DNA of 64,000 bases, taken from an uncultured Alphaproteobacteria bacterium (lineage in GTDB: Bacteria; Pseudomonadota; Alphaproteobacteria; RF32; CAG-239). The notes under the pieces were generated by a model. That model saw only the letters and a list, made by a program, of their open reading frames with translations, had not been told where the DNA came from and did not search any database. The translations under genes and the position numbers were made by a program. The stretch is taken from positions 80,485-144,484 of the forward strand of contig CABQIK010000002.1 of the NCBI GenBank assembly GCA_902464275.1, given 5' to 3'. Below, one piece after another: positions 46,701 to 54,580 of the stretch (the stretch's first letter is position 1; each line of letters opens with the position of its first letter).

Positions 46701-47459
46701 ATGCGTAAGGCTTACAGCGTTGGGGACGGAACCTTGCGCGAAACCCCGTCAGGCAGCGAGTATTTAACTTCTCGTTTCAGCAACATTAATATTCCTGGCA
46801 TGAATGAAGATAAAATGTCGCAGTTGGTTGATTTTGCTAAGGATAACACCTATGCAAACAAAGCTGAACTTAAAGAAGGACTAAATAAACTCTTCCCTGA
46901 AGGGTTAAGCAACAAAGATATGACAGCATTGATTACAACTATTCACAGCAACCAACGCTTTAACCAATACCAGTCTGAAATGGAAGCCTTAACCAAACTG
47001 CTTGGTTGCGGTGAAAAAATCAGCAATGAAGATGCTTTGGCTATCAACAAAATGTTAGATAATACCGACGCTTTGCTCGCAACCGGTAAAGCTCACACTC
47101 AGTTGACCGGTTTGAGCCTGGCTAAAGATTGCAACGATGATGACGGAGAATGGATACGCGTTGCTGTTCAGCCGAAAGAAGTTCCGCTTCCGGAAACTCC
47201 TGAACTTGGCGATGCCGAATTACCTGATGACGAGATTGTAATTGCCGCTGCTCCGCAAATGCAGTTGCAACCGGATGAAGGTTTGCAGGTTGAACCGATG
47301 GCTGCTCCAACTGAACAACCGCAAGACGGCGTTGAAAAAATTGTCGGTGATAAAATGTCACAAGTCAGAGGCGAAAACGAACCCGATTATCGCAAGCCGG
47401 TATCGGATAGAAAAGCCGCCCGCTTATTGAAGAGAATTAACAGCGGTTCTCGTGAATAA
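43776..47459 (+). CDS. Large (1227 aa) repeat-containing membrane-associated protein, unknown function
   Basis: ATG 43776 with RBS GGGAG is preferred over 43725. Three ~45-aa modules (NEAVTILQGExIA.AKGA.G(Y/F)S.AEV.EALKIVK.QDPDN.VL). Ala-rich hydrophobic segments mid-protein. Acidic, Pro-rich C-terminus. Confidence 0.75.
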   Translation: MAKNAKVKMDLNEAVTILQGETIAKAKGADGYSAAEVKEALKIVKAQDPDNQVLYQYMLITVFQPVKAQDPDNQVLHVYNEQAKNAQNTAGKTNAETTSKTGKKTGAKKAAKPAKSANKAQVLRSDASDNKKPDFNEAVTILQGEAIARAKGAEGFSKAEVEEALKIVKEQDPDNKVLNIYMQQAKNAEKAESIPVKNENSADKKAENKKAENKLENVSAQNAENRQVLRPVPPAESMSLDEAVAILQGEAIAALNGADGFSQSKIQEALKVVQDKDPNHPALKAYQEQLANFEKANKLQSNNPVIYAQNSEDTDFTLRGYTFDKFTESSENDDIREYIGNTELTDSVSGKVLEAQERKDYLNLIFEGAKLKTETSLIGDEKYAKLSNAQKIKTIKAELKTIFFADFARTAIASDLEKPTTLEQRIGSKEYKDYILRQSQKASGIMQKIVSGGQKIKIKTDAILASCADTAAQTEQYIKGLRLKAQQAVAQASQSAKNGAQKASDNIRNDFNKIADRLQKHKNNFEQLANNVSKNRYQIFKNIKGSFSDNKIKLFGNVAANAAFGYVTAAAASGAVAGAAAPVLVPAVAAYAVYHAAGSLVYPVVAEIRKINRQKREAGEATLPFMQALKQAWKNKTESRKNRRTYIVSVLINTAVAAGGFAWLKDGLEAADAAAALTDGVKDGLNVTLASSIAETRHAISMGRAGAATMAQLADAGVAYGVSVADPQNLEKKAEAKQTAIAALIGMGLNAAAQGLSSALQNINTANGEISDVLSSDNGTPAPVNNPVNDDGIVNPVTGAPVNNPEANDVAPAPSAGDNVTDIADTTNDASVAPKPNFVKGLWNKWFGGRSNDEAPSTPIVGDGRNPDGSWQVSDGNGDAVNIVDNGGNAGDVDVATNGGNVPAGLFPREYNQDMGISQREYNTLVNTTEGTLKAATGEEVTLDRAYSNLSGSMDQFKGRTEEEIMYKYNRLYAFMRKAYSVGDGTLRETPSGSEYLTSRFSNINIPGMNEDKMSQLVDFAKDNTYANKAELKEGLNKLFPEGLSNKDMTALITTIHSNQRFNQYQSEMEALTKLLGCGEKISNEDALAINKMLDNTDALLATGKAHTQLTGLSLAKDCNDDDGEWIRVAVQPKEVPLPETPELGDAELPDDEIVIAAAPQMQLQPDEGLQVEPMAAPTEQPQDGVEKIVGDKMSQVRGENEPDYRKPVSDRKAARLLKRINSGSRE
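43905..44003 (+). repeat. Perfect 33-bp direct repeat (43905-43937 and 43971-44003) separated by 33 nt, inside the CDS
   Basis: GTTAAAGCGCAAGATCCGGACAATCAGGTTTTG occurs twice. It encodes VKAQDPDNQVL twice, with YQYMLITVFQP in between. Confidence 0.9.
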
Positions 47460-47481
47460 CATTTTATCAATGATATAAACC

Positions 47482-47515
47482 AAAAGCTCCGATAGCAATA
47501 TCGGAGCTTTTTTTG
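47482..47515 (+). terminator. Rho-independent terminator
   Basis: AAAAGCTCCGATA-gcaa-TATCGGAGCTTTT followed by TTT. Confidence 0.85.
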
Positions 47516-47551
47516 CGATATATTTTTTATGATATATAAATATCGGGGAAT

Positions 47552-47581
47552 AAAAAACCGCCTCTGAAAAATCAGAGACGG
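47552..47581 (-). terminator. Rho-independent terminator of the SPFH gene
   Basis: On the minus strand it reads CCGTCTCTGA-ttttt-CAGAGGCGG-TTTTTT, with one G-U pair. Confidence 0.75.
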
Positions 47582-47595
47582 GAAAAATATTTTTA

Positions 47596-48411
47596 TTATT
47601 TAGTGCCGAGATTAATAAATGGCACGGTGTTGCCCATCATGTATTGAGGTAATTCACCGTTCCACTTCAGCACAGCCTCATATTCTGTGAGGCCTTTGTT
47701 TTTGGCCAAAGCCTGAGATTTAATCTCCATGGCTTCAGCCTCAGCCTTGGCGGCAATAACCGTTTGCTGCGCTTCCTCTTGAATCCTTTTTGTATTGTTG
47801 ACGGCCTCCTGAGCTTTTTGCTCGGCAATGACCTTGTCTTCAATCGCCTTTTCAAAATTATCGCTATAGTCTATATTAATAAACATAAACGAGATATTTT
47901 GAATGAATTCAGAATTCATTTTTTCACGCAAGCATGCGATTACCGCATCGGTAGCAACATCACGGTTGCTGACCAACTCTTGGGCCGGCCATTTACCAAT
48001 GACATCTCTGAGTGCCGCATCCAAAATCGGTGTGACGATCTTAGACTCATAATCCATGCCGATTGTCTCGTACAAAACGTTGACTTTGGTAGGATTGAGC
48101 TCATAGGTGAACGCAAACTTCATTTCTGCAGTCTGCATATCACTGGTATAAGTTGCTCCCGGCGCCTCAAACTTTTTGGTTCTGACGTCCATTTCCACCA
48201 TACGAGAGATAAACGGCCACTTAAAGCCGATACCGTTCGTATAAGAACGTGGAGCCACCTTGCCGAGTGTTACCAGAACACCGCGGTGTCCAGGCGAGAC
48301 CACGTAAATGGAACTGGCAATCAGCATCAACATGAACAGAGATATAACTCCGATGATGGACCACTTCACGATAGTCTTGGTTCTCTTCTGCTGCTCTTCG
48401 TAATAACCCAT
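47596..48411 (-). CDS. SPFH/Band 7 (prohibitin-like) membrane protein
   Basis: N-terminal TM helix, VVSPGHRGVLVTLGKV, and a C-terminal coiled-coil with AEQKAQEA. Confidence 0.88.
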   Translation of the reverse strand: MGYYEEQQKRTKTIVKWSIIGVISLFMLMLIASSIYVVSPGHRGVLVTLGKVAPRSYTNGIGFKWPFISRMVEMDVRTKKFEAPGATYTSDMQTAEMKFAFTYELNPTKVNVLYETIGMDYESKIVTPILDAALRDVIGKWPAQELVSNRDVATDAVIACLREKMNSEFIQNISFMFINIDYSDNFEKAIEDKVIAEQKAQEAVNNTKRIQEEAQQTVIAAKAEAEAMEIKSQALAKNKGLTEYEAVLKWNGELPQYMMGNTVPFINLGTK

Positions 48412-48711
48412 AATTTAATATTTTTAATTAATGCTTCAGCACAACCGGTTAAACATACGGTTTGATTTAATGTTGATTGTTCTTTTTTCATAAAACAAAA
48501 TTTTTGATTCTAATCTGATCCCTAAAGTACGCAACTTTATACCTGAAACAGGCGGGCGGTCTCGCAGAAGACTCTTTATCAAAAATTTCTGGTATCAGCG
48601 CGTTGGTAAACCAAACACGGTAATACTTTCATTATAAATAAGTTACAACAACAGTTAAATAAACTTTGTATATAGTTTTACAAAAATCACAATACTTTTT
48701 TGTCTAATATT

Positions 48712-48810
48712 AAATACAACTTATACACAGCACGGACTCGTAAATATTGCAAAAAAAAAAGCGCGAGCTAAAATCTTCTCAAAACTAACTTTTTGAGAGG
48801 ATTTTAGCTC
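48712..48810 (+). promoter_or_regulatory. Pilin-cassette copy 4
   Basis: AAATACAACTTATACACAGCACGGACTCGTAAATATTGCA(10)GCGCGAGCTAAAAT... The 20-bp inverted repeat 48765-48784 / 48791-48810 has one G-U position and abuts the ATG. Confidence 0.8.
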
Positions 48811-49581
48811 ATGTATACATATTTTAGCCGCTTTTTACACAACACTCTGTCACGCACCGGTATAAAAGAGGTGTTCACCTCTTCTTTGTCACTCTCCGAC
48901 TTGATCGGAGAGTCCAGGTCAAACCAAGTAGCTAATTTGTCCCACCTGGATTATCGGGTCAAGCCCGATAATGACAACATAGAGAATGCTGGACGTAGTA
49001 TGGTAGAAATGCTTGGGGTGTTGGCGATTATCGGGGTGCTGTCAGTCGGCGCTATCAGCGGTTACTCTAAGGCAATGTTCAAGTATAAATTAAATAAACA
49101 ATCAGAGCAGTTAAGCACCATCATTAACGCCTCAATTCGTTATTATAATGATTTGCGGCTAATAAGTTCTGAAGGTGAATACAATTTAATCCCGATACTT
49201 GATAAACTCGGTGAAATTCCAAAAGAAATGATAGTACAAAATAATAATTGGATTCTTAAAGATGTGTTTGACACCACCATAAACATTTATTATCACAATA
49301 CAAACTATCTGGGCATAACTGATTTGATTGATAAAAGCAGTAGAAGTATGGAAATTTGCCGCAATATTATTATCACCGCAAAAGAAAATCACGCCGATAT
49401 TTACCAAATATTTTTCCGCAATGATTATAGCGATAAACAAGAATATTCACGCCACATAAGCGGGGACAAAATATGTGGTCCGGCAAATGTTTGTTTGAAA
49501 GATATGAGCATAAAACAAATTGATGACGCTTGCAGTTTTTGCGCCTCTGATAAATGTTGGCTTTACATTCAGCTCATGTAA
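48811..49581 (+). CDS. Prepilin-type pilin-like protein, paralogue 3, with 57-codon insertion in the leader peptide
   Basis: 256 aa. MYT + 57 inserted codons + GRSMVEMLGVLAIIGVLSVGAISGY. The downstream part is a normal family member (EICRNIIITAKEN, C-terminal Cys residues). May be impaired in processing. Confidence 0.6.
   Translation: MYTYFSRFLHNTLSRTGIKEVFTSSLSLSDLIGESRSNQVANLSHLDYRVKPDNDNIENAGRSMVEMLGVLAIIGVLSVGAISGYSKAMFKYKLNKQSEQLSTIINASIRYYNDLRLISSEGEYNLIPILDKLGEIPKEMIVQNNNWILKDVFDTTINIYYHNTNYLGITDLIDKSSRSMEICRNIIITAKENHADIYQIFFRNDYSDKQEYSRHISGDKICGPANVCLKDMSIKQIDDACSFCASDKCWLYIQLM
48820..48990 (+). mobile_element. 171-nt in-frame, hairpin-rich insertion (REP/REPIN- or RPE-like small element candidate)
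   Basis: It replaces the 6 nt CAATCC of paralogue 2. Three hairpins at 48866-48883, 48891-48913 and 48951-48971; the second and third have mutually complementary loops (CTTGA / TCAAG). Confidence 0.4.
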
Positions 49582-49635
49582 ATTTCTGTTTATTTTTCCC
49601 GCAAAGCGCGTTATATATATTGTCATGAGGGAAAA

Positions 49636-51441
49636 ATGGCAGATATTAAACACGGCTTGGAAGTTTTAAAAAACAACGTAAAAATCGCCCCGCAAAATCC
49701 GGGGGTTTACCGCATGATAAGCAAAAACGGCGAGGTTTTGTACGTCGGAAAAGCCAAAAACATAAAAAAACGAATCGTAGCTTACACCAAGTTTGACAAG
49801 CTCCCGCTCCGTTTACAGCGCATGGTGGCGGAAGTTGACCGCATGGAGTTTATTATTGTTGAAAACGAGGCCAAAGCTCTGCTGATGGAAAACGAGCTGA
49901 TTAAGCGTTTTTCGCCGCGGTTTAATATTTTGCTCAAAGACGACAAAACTTTTCCGCACTTAATGATTAACCCCCATGAAGATTATCCGGCATTGCGCAA
50001 ACAGCGCGGCAAACGCAGCGGCAACTGTCGTTATTTCGGACCGTTTGTTAACGCCTCGGCGGTTAATAACGTTATGGATATTATTCAAAAGGCTTTTTTA
50101 CTCCGCTCTTGCCGCGACTCTGATTTTAAGAACCGACAGCGCCCTTGCCTGCTTTATCAAATAAAACGTTGCTCCGCACCGTGCGTTAATAAAATCAGCA
50201 AAGAAGATTACCGCGCATTGGTTAATGACGTGATAGATTTTTTGGAAGGCAAAAACACTAAAATTCAGGACGAATTATCAAAAAAAATGCTTGCCGCCAG
50301 CGAGCGTTGCGAATATGAACTTGCCGCCGTTTACCGCGACCGAATCCGCGCGCTTACCGCTATTCAAACCGGCAATTTGGTTGAATACTCAGGCTTACAG
50401 TCGGTTGATATTATCGGCATGGCCCGCAAAGGCGGCCTGATTTGCATTCAGCTGTTTATTGTGCGCGGCGGACAAAATTGCGGCAACGTGCCGTATTTTC
50501 CGGAACAAACCGATGACGCAAGCGACGCGGAAATTTTGGAGGCTTTTATCAGCGAATTTTACGGCAATCATATTCCGCCCAAAGAAATTTATATTTCAGA
50601 GCTGCCGGAAAACACGGAGTTTTTGGAAGAAGCCATCGGGGTTAAAATTTATAATTACACCCGTGGCATTAAAGCTAAACTGATTGAAAACGCCAAAGAA
50701 AACGCTTTGGCGGCGATTGAGCGCAAAATTGCCGAAAACGCCTCGGTTAAAAGCAATTTGGCGGAGTTGGTTAAATATTTCGGGCTGCCGAATCCGCCAA
50801 AACGAATTGAAATTTACGATAACTCGCATTTTCAGGGCAGTTACGCCATCGGCGCCATGGTGGTGGCAACTCCGGAGGGTTTTGATAAAAAAGCATACCG
50901 CACTTTTAACATTAAAAATCCTAACGTCACTAATGATGACTTTGCGATGATGAAAGAGGTTTTAACCCGCCGCTTTGAAAAAATGACGCCGGAGAATCGC
51001 CCCGATATAATTTTGCTTGACGGCGGATTGGGGCAGCTCCACGCCGTGCACGAATGTTTAAAAGATTACGATTTAACCGGCATTACGATTATTGCCATTT
51101 CCAAGGGGCCGGACAGAAACGCCGGTAAAGAATTTTATCATGTTTTGGGGCGCGAAAGTTTTGCATTGCCGTATCGTTCGCCGATTGCGTTTTATTTGCA
51201 AAATTTGCGCGATGAGGCGCACCGTTTTGCCATCGGCACCCACCGCAAAAAACGCGGCAAGTCGGTTTATAAATCGCGTGTTGATGAAATTGAGGGAATC
51301 GGCGCCAAACGCAAGCGCGATTTGTTAAATCATTTCGGCTCGGCGGAAGAAATTGCGCAAGCGGGCGTGCCCGATTTAATGAAAGTTGAAGGAATTAGTA
51401 AAAAAACAGCTGAAAAAATTTATAATTTCTTCCATAAATAA
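49636..51441 (+). CDS. uvrC: Excinuclease ABC subunit C
   Basis: GIY-YIG motif (GVYRMISKNGEVLYVGKAKNIKKR), UVR domain and a C-terminal HhH. RBS GAGGGA. Confidence 0.95.
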   Translation: MADIKHGLEVLKNNVKIAPQNPGVYRMISKNGEVLYVGKAKNIKKRIVAYTKFDKLPLRLQRMVAEVDRMEFIIVENEAKALLMENELIKRFSPRFNILLKDDKTFPHLMINPHEDYPALRKQRGKRSGNCRYFGPFVNASAVNNVMDIIQKAFLLRSCRDSDFKNRQRPCLLYQIKRCSAPCVNKISKEDYRALVNDVIDFLEGKNTKIQDELSKKMLAASERCEYELAAVYRDRIRALTAIQTGNLVEYSGLQSVDIIGMARKGGLICIQLFIVRGGQNCGNVPYFPEQTDDASDAEILEAFISEFYGNHIPPKEIYISELPENTEFLEEAIGVKIYNYTRGIKAKLIENAKENALAAIERKIAENASVKSNLAELVKYFGLPNPPKRIEIYDNSHFQGSYAIGAMVVATPEGFDKKAYRTFNIKNPNVTNDDFAMMKEVLTRRFEKMTPENRPDIILLDGGLGQLHAVHECLKDYDLTGITIIAISKGPDRNAGKEFYHVLGRESFALPYRSPIAFYLQNLRDEAHRFAIGTHRKKRGKSVYKSRVDEIEGIGAKRKRDLLNHFGSAEEIAQAGVPDLMKVEGISKKTAEKIYNFFHK

Positions 51442-51501
51442 AATTTTTATTCTATACTGTGCTCAGTTTTGCAAAATTAACTATTATAAAAAGGGAATGA
51501 A

Positions 51502-52200
51502 ATGTACAATTTGCCTAATTTGTTGACGATTTCCAGAATTGTGGTAATTCCGGTTATCTTTTTATCACTTTACATTAACTCATTTTGGTGGACGATGTTT
51601 ATCGCCGTTTTGTTTGTTGCCGCCGCCGTTACCGATTATTTTGACGGATATTTGGCGCGCAGCCGCAATGAAACATCCGCTTTCGGACGCCTGCTTGACC
51701 CGATTGCCGACAAGCTGTTAGTTGCTTCGGCATTGGTGGTTATTTTAGCCAAACCGAACATGGTTTGGAGCACCTTAACTTATATTCCGGCATTTATTAT
51801 TCTTTGCCGCGAAATTTTGGTTTCGGGTCTGCGTGAATTTTTGCGCGAAGTTAATGTCGGGCTGCCGGTTACTCGCCTTGCAAAATGGAAAACCGGTTTT
51901 CAGATGACCGCACTTTCCATGATGCTGTTCCACGGGCTGTGGATTTGGCCTTATTTGGGCGAATTTTTACTTTGGATTGCCGCCGCTTTAACCTTTATTA
52001 CCGGCTATCAATATTTTCAAAAAAGCGTTGACTACATTAAAACGCTTGAAAAAGCCAAAACGGTTGAAGCTAAAATTGTGATTAAACCGCAAGCTAAAGC
52101 CGTTAAAAAAGCGGCAAAGAAAACGGCAGCTAGAAAGGCTCCGGTTAAAAAAGCCGTTTCAGCTAAAAAATCAACCAAGAAAGCCACCGCTAAAAAATAA
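51502..52200 (+). CDS. pgsA: CDP-diacylglycerol--glycerol-3-phosphate 3-phosphatidyltransferase with Lys/Ala-rich C-terminal tail
   Basis: DYFDGYLAR...G..LDPIADK CDP-alcohol phosphatidyltransferase motif. The last ~50 aa are AKKAAKK-type. Confidence 0.88.
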   Translation: MYNLPNLLTISRIVVIPVIFLSLYINSFWWTMFIAVLFVAAAVTDYFDGYLARSRNETSAFGRLLDPIADKLLVASALVVILAKPNMVWSTLTYIPAFIILCREILVSGLREFLREVNVGLPVTRLAKWKTGFQMTALSMMLFHGLWIWPYLGEFLLWIAAALTFITGYQYFQKSVDYIKTLEKAKTVEAKIVIKPQAKAVKKAAKKTAARKAPVKKAVSAKKSTKKATAKK

Positions 52201-52202
52201 TC

Positions 52203-52892
52203 ATGGATAAAAACAAATTTCACATACTTGTTGTTGATGACGACACACGATTACGCAATCTGCTCCGGCGTTTTTTGCAGGAGCAGAATTTTGCGGTCTC
52301 AGTTGCCAAAGATGCGGCTGAAGCTCGTATGTTTATTGATGAGTATAAATTTGACTTGTTGATTGTTGATGTAATGATGCCTAACGAAAGCGGCATTGAG
52401 TTTTTAACTGCGCTGCGCAAAGAAAACAATGTTCCGGTGATTATGCTTACTGCCATGGGCGAGCCTGATGACCGCATTTCAGGCTTAGAGGCGGGGGCAG
52501 ATGACTACCTGCCCAAACCGTTTGAGCCCAAAGAGCTGGTTTTACGCATTAAAAACATTTTGAAACGCGCGCCGAAAAACACCGAAAATAAAGATTTGCC
52601 GCTTAATTTAGGCCTATGTCTTTATGACGCGGTTAAAAAAGAACTGACCAACAAACAGGGCGAAATTATTCATATCACGCCGGTTGAGCAAATGTTGCTT
52701 AATGTTTTAAGCCAAAAGCCGGGGCAGATTTTTACGCGTGAAAAACTGGCGGAAATTTTAGGAGCCGGACAAAGCCCGCGCTCTATTGACGTGCAAATTA
52801 CGCGTCTGCGCAAAAAAATTGAAAAAGATTCAAAAAATCCGCGTTATCTGCAAACCATTCGCGGCAAGGGCTATATGCTCTTGCCTGAATAA
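52203..52892 (+). CDS. OmpR-family response regulator
   Basis: Receiver domain (ILVVDDD, DLLIVDVMMP) plus a winged-helix output (IDVQITRLRKKIE, RGKGY). Confidence 0.9.
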   Translation: MDKNKFHILVVDDDTRLRNLLRRFLQEQNFAVSVAKDAAEARMFIDEYKFDLLIVDVMMPNESGIEFLTALRKENNVPVIMLTAMGEPDDRISGLEAGADDYLPKPFEPKELVLRIKNILKRAPKNTENKDLPLNLGLCLYDAVKKELTNKQGEIIHITPVEQMLLNVLSQKPGQIFTREKLAEILGAGQSPRSIDVQITRLRKKIEKDSKNPRYLQTIRGKGYMLLPE

Positions 52893-52923
52893 ATACAATA
52901 CATTAAAATAAAGGAGTTACCGT

Positions 52924-54279
52924 ATGCATATTGTATTTCCTAAAAAAGTTGAAGGCACTATGCGCTATTTAAAGCTTAAACTGTTGCCTAAAACTTTGTT
53001 TTTCAGAACCATGCTGTTAATTTTTATTCCGCTGATTGTGGTGCAGGTGGTTTCAATTATTGCTTATTTTAACGGCAGTTGGGGCAAAGTCGGGCGCCGT
53101 CTTTCCGATAACCTCAGTTCAAACATGGCGTTTATCGTGCAGCTGACCGAACAAAATCCCGATAACTTTGCCGAAGTGCAAAAACTGGCAAAATCAGTTT
53201 ATCAGCTTGATGTTGAATATTTTGACAACGATGTTAAGCACTCCGAAAGAATTAAAACTTCGCGCAATTATCGTCTGGTTACCGAGTTTTTTGAGCGCGC
53301 CTTAAAAAATGATTTTCCGAATGCGGAAACATCAACTTATTTAACTGACGGACGCGCAATTTTAATTACGTTGGTTGATACGGAAAAAGGTTTGTTTAAG
53401 TTTACCACCTCAACCAAAAACATTTTCAGCACCTCGGTCTTCGGGTTTATTGCATGGATGATAGGCACCTCGTTGCTGCTGTTTGCGGTGTCGGCGCTGT
53501 TTTTACGCGTGCAGGCTCGTTCCATTAAGCAGTTGGCGGAAGCCGCCGAAGATTTCGGTAAAGGTATTGACACCCCGTTTAAGCCGTACGGCTCGTCAGA
53601 AGTGCGCAAAGCCGGTATCGCTTTTACCAAAATGAAAGAGCGTATTAATCGTCAAATTTCAGAGCGCACGCAGATGTTGGCCGGCGTTTCGCATGACTTG
53701 CGCACTCCGCTCACTCGTATGAAGCTGCAACTTGCAATGCTGCCGAAAAACGAAGAAAATAAAGAATTTATTGAAGATATTTCTGAAATGGAAAAAATGC
53801 TTGACGGCTATTTGGCATTCGTCAGCGGCGAAGGCGGCGAACCCAATACCTTTGTTGATATGAACGAACTTATTTTGAGCATTTTAAATAAATTCCGCAA
53901 CTCAAAAACCATGATTCGTTATTCAACCAACGATCAGGTCAGCGCTATTCAAGGGCGCGAACAAGCCTTGAAGCGCGCGGTTACCAACATTATTTCCAAC
54001 GCCTTTTATTATGGCAAAACCGTTGCGGTTGCCTTAGAAAGCAACAGTAACAAAATGGAAATTTCAGTTGAAGATGACGGTCCGGGCATTCCGGCCGACA
54101 AGCGCGAAGACGTATTTAAGGCCTTTTACCGCATTGAAGGTTCGCGCAATAAAGAAACCGGCGGCGTGGGCTTGGGTTTATCAATCGCCAAAGACATTAT
54201 TGTTTCGCACGGCGGAACTATTGAGCTCGGCGATAGCAGTATGGGAGGCTTGAGGGTACTCATTTCTATTCCCTTATAA
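52924..54279 (+). CDS. EnvZ-type sensor histidine kinase
   Basis: Two TM segments, HAMP, H-box SHDLRTPLTRM, N-box NAFYYG and G-box GVGLGLSI. RBS AAGGAG 7 nt upstream. Confidence 0.9.
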   Translation: MHIVFPKKVEGTMRYLKLKLLPKTLFFRTMLLIFIPLIVVQVVSIIAYFNGSWGKVGRRLSDNLSSNMAFIVQLTEQNPDNFAEVQKLAKSVYQLDVEYFDNDVKHSERIKTSRNYRLVTEFFERALKNDFPNAETSTYLTDGRAILITLVDTEKGLFKFTTSTKNIFSTSVFGFIAWMIGTSLLLFAVSALFLRVQARSIKQLAEAAEDFGKGIDTPFKPYGSSEVRKAGIAFTKMKERINRQISERTQMLAGVSHDLRTPLTRMKLQLAMLPKNEENKEFIEDISEMEKMLDGYLAFVSGEGGEPNTFVDMNELILSILNKFRNSKTMIRYSTNDQVSAIQGREQALKRAVTNIISNAFYYGKTVAVALESNSNKMEISVEDDGPGIPADKREDVFKAFYRIEGSRNKETGGVGLGLSIAKDIIVSHGGTIELGDSSMGGLRVLISIPL

Positions 54280-54307
54280 CTCTCACATACGAAAATATGT
54301 GTTCAAA

Positions 54308-54336
54308 TAAAAGCCGAAATTTCGGCTTTTATTTTT
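54308..54336 (+). terminator. Rho-independent terminator
   Basis: AAAAGCCGAAATTTCGGCTTTT followed by ATTTTT. Confidence 0.85.
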
Positions 54337-54441
54337 GCCTTGACTTATGCTAAAAAAGCGGATATAAGGCTTTTTGAAAACCCGAGAACCTTTTGTATTA
54401 AAAGGTTTTAAATAACTAATAACTAACCGGAGATTTTAAAA

Positions 54442-54576
54442 ATGAAAAGAACATATCAGCCCAGCAAGCTCATCAGATCACGTCGTCACGGTTTCCGTAC
54501 CCGCATGGCTACAGTTGGCGGACGTAAAGTTTTGGCCGCTCGTCGTTTGAGAGGTCGTAAAAAACTTTCTGCTTAG
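54442..54576 (+). CDS. rpmH: 50S ribosomal protein L34
   Basis: Hand translation gives [44 protein letters not shown] (44 aa; below the ORF-track cutoff). RBS GGAG. TTGACT-N17-TATAAG promoter at ~54344-54372. Confidence 0.93.
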   Translation: MKRTYQPSKLIRSRRHGFRTRMATVGGRKVLAARRLRGRKKLSA

Positions 54577-54580
54577 TTTT

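Noticed and set aside
46034-46767. 144-aa (minus) and 189-aa (plus, alternate frame) ORFs inside the 1227-aa gene
   Set aside because: Both lie within the repeat- and Ala/Pro-rich part of a long ORF, where alternative frames stay open by composition. Neither has independent start signals.
47764-48465. 233-aa ORF antisense to the SPFH/Band 7 gene
   Set aside because: It is a shadow ORF on the opposite strand of a well-supported conserved gene. Its translation has no motifs and an unusual composition.
54280-54441. Replication origin next to rpmH-rnpA-yidC
   Set aside because: This intergenic region shows only a promoter (TTGACT-N17-TATAAG) and an upstream terminator. It has no cluster of DnaA boxes and no AT-rich unwinding repeats. 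dnaA is not adjacent in the window.
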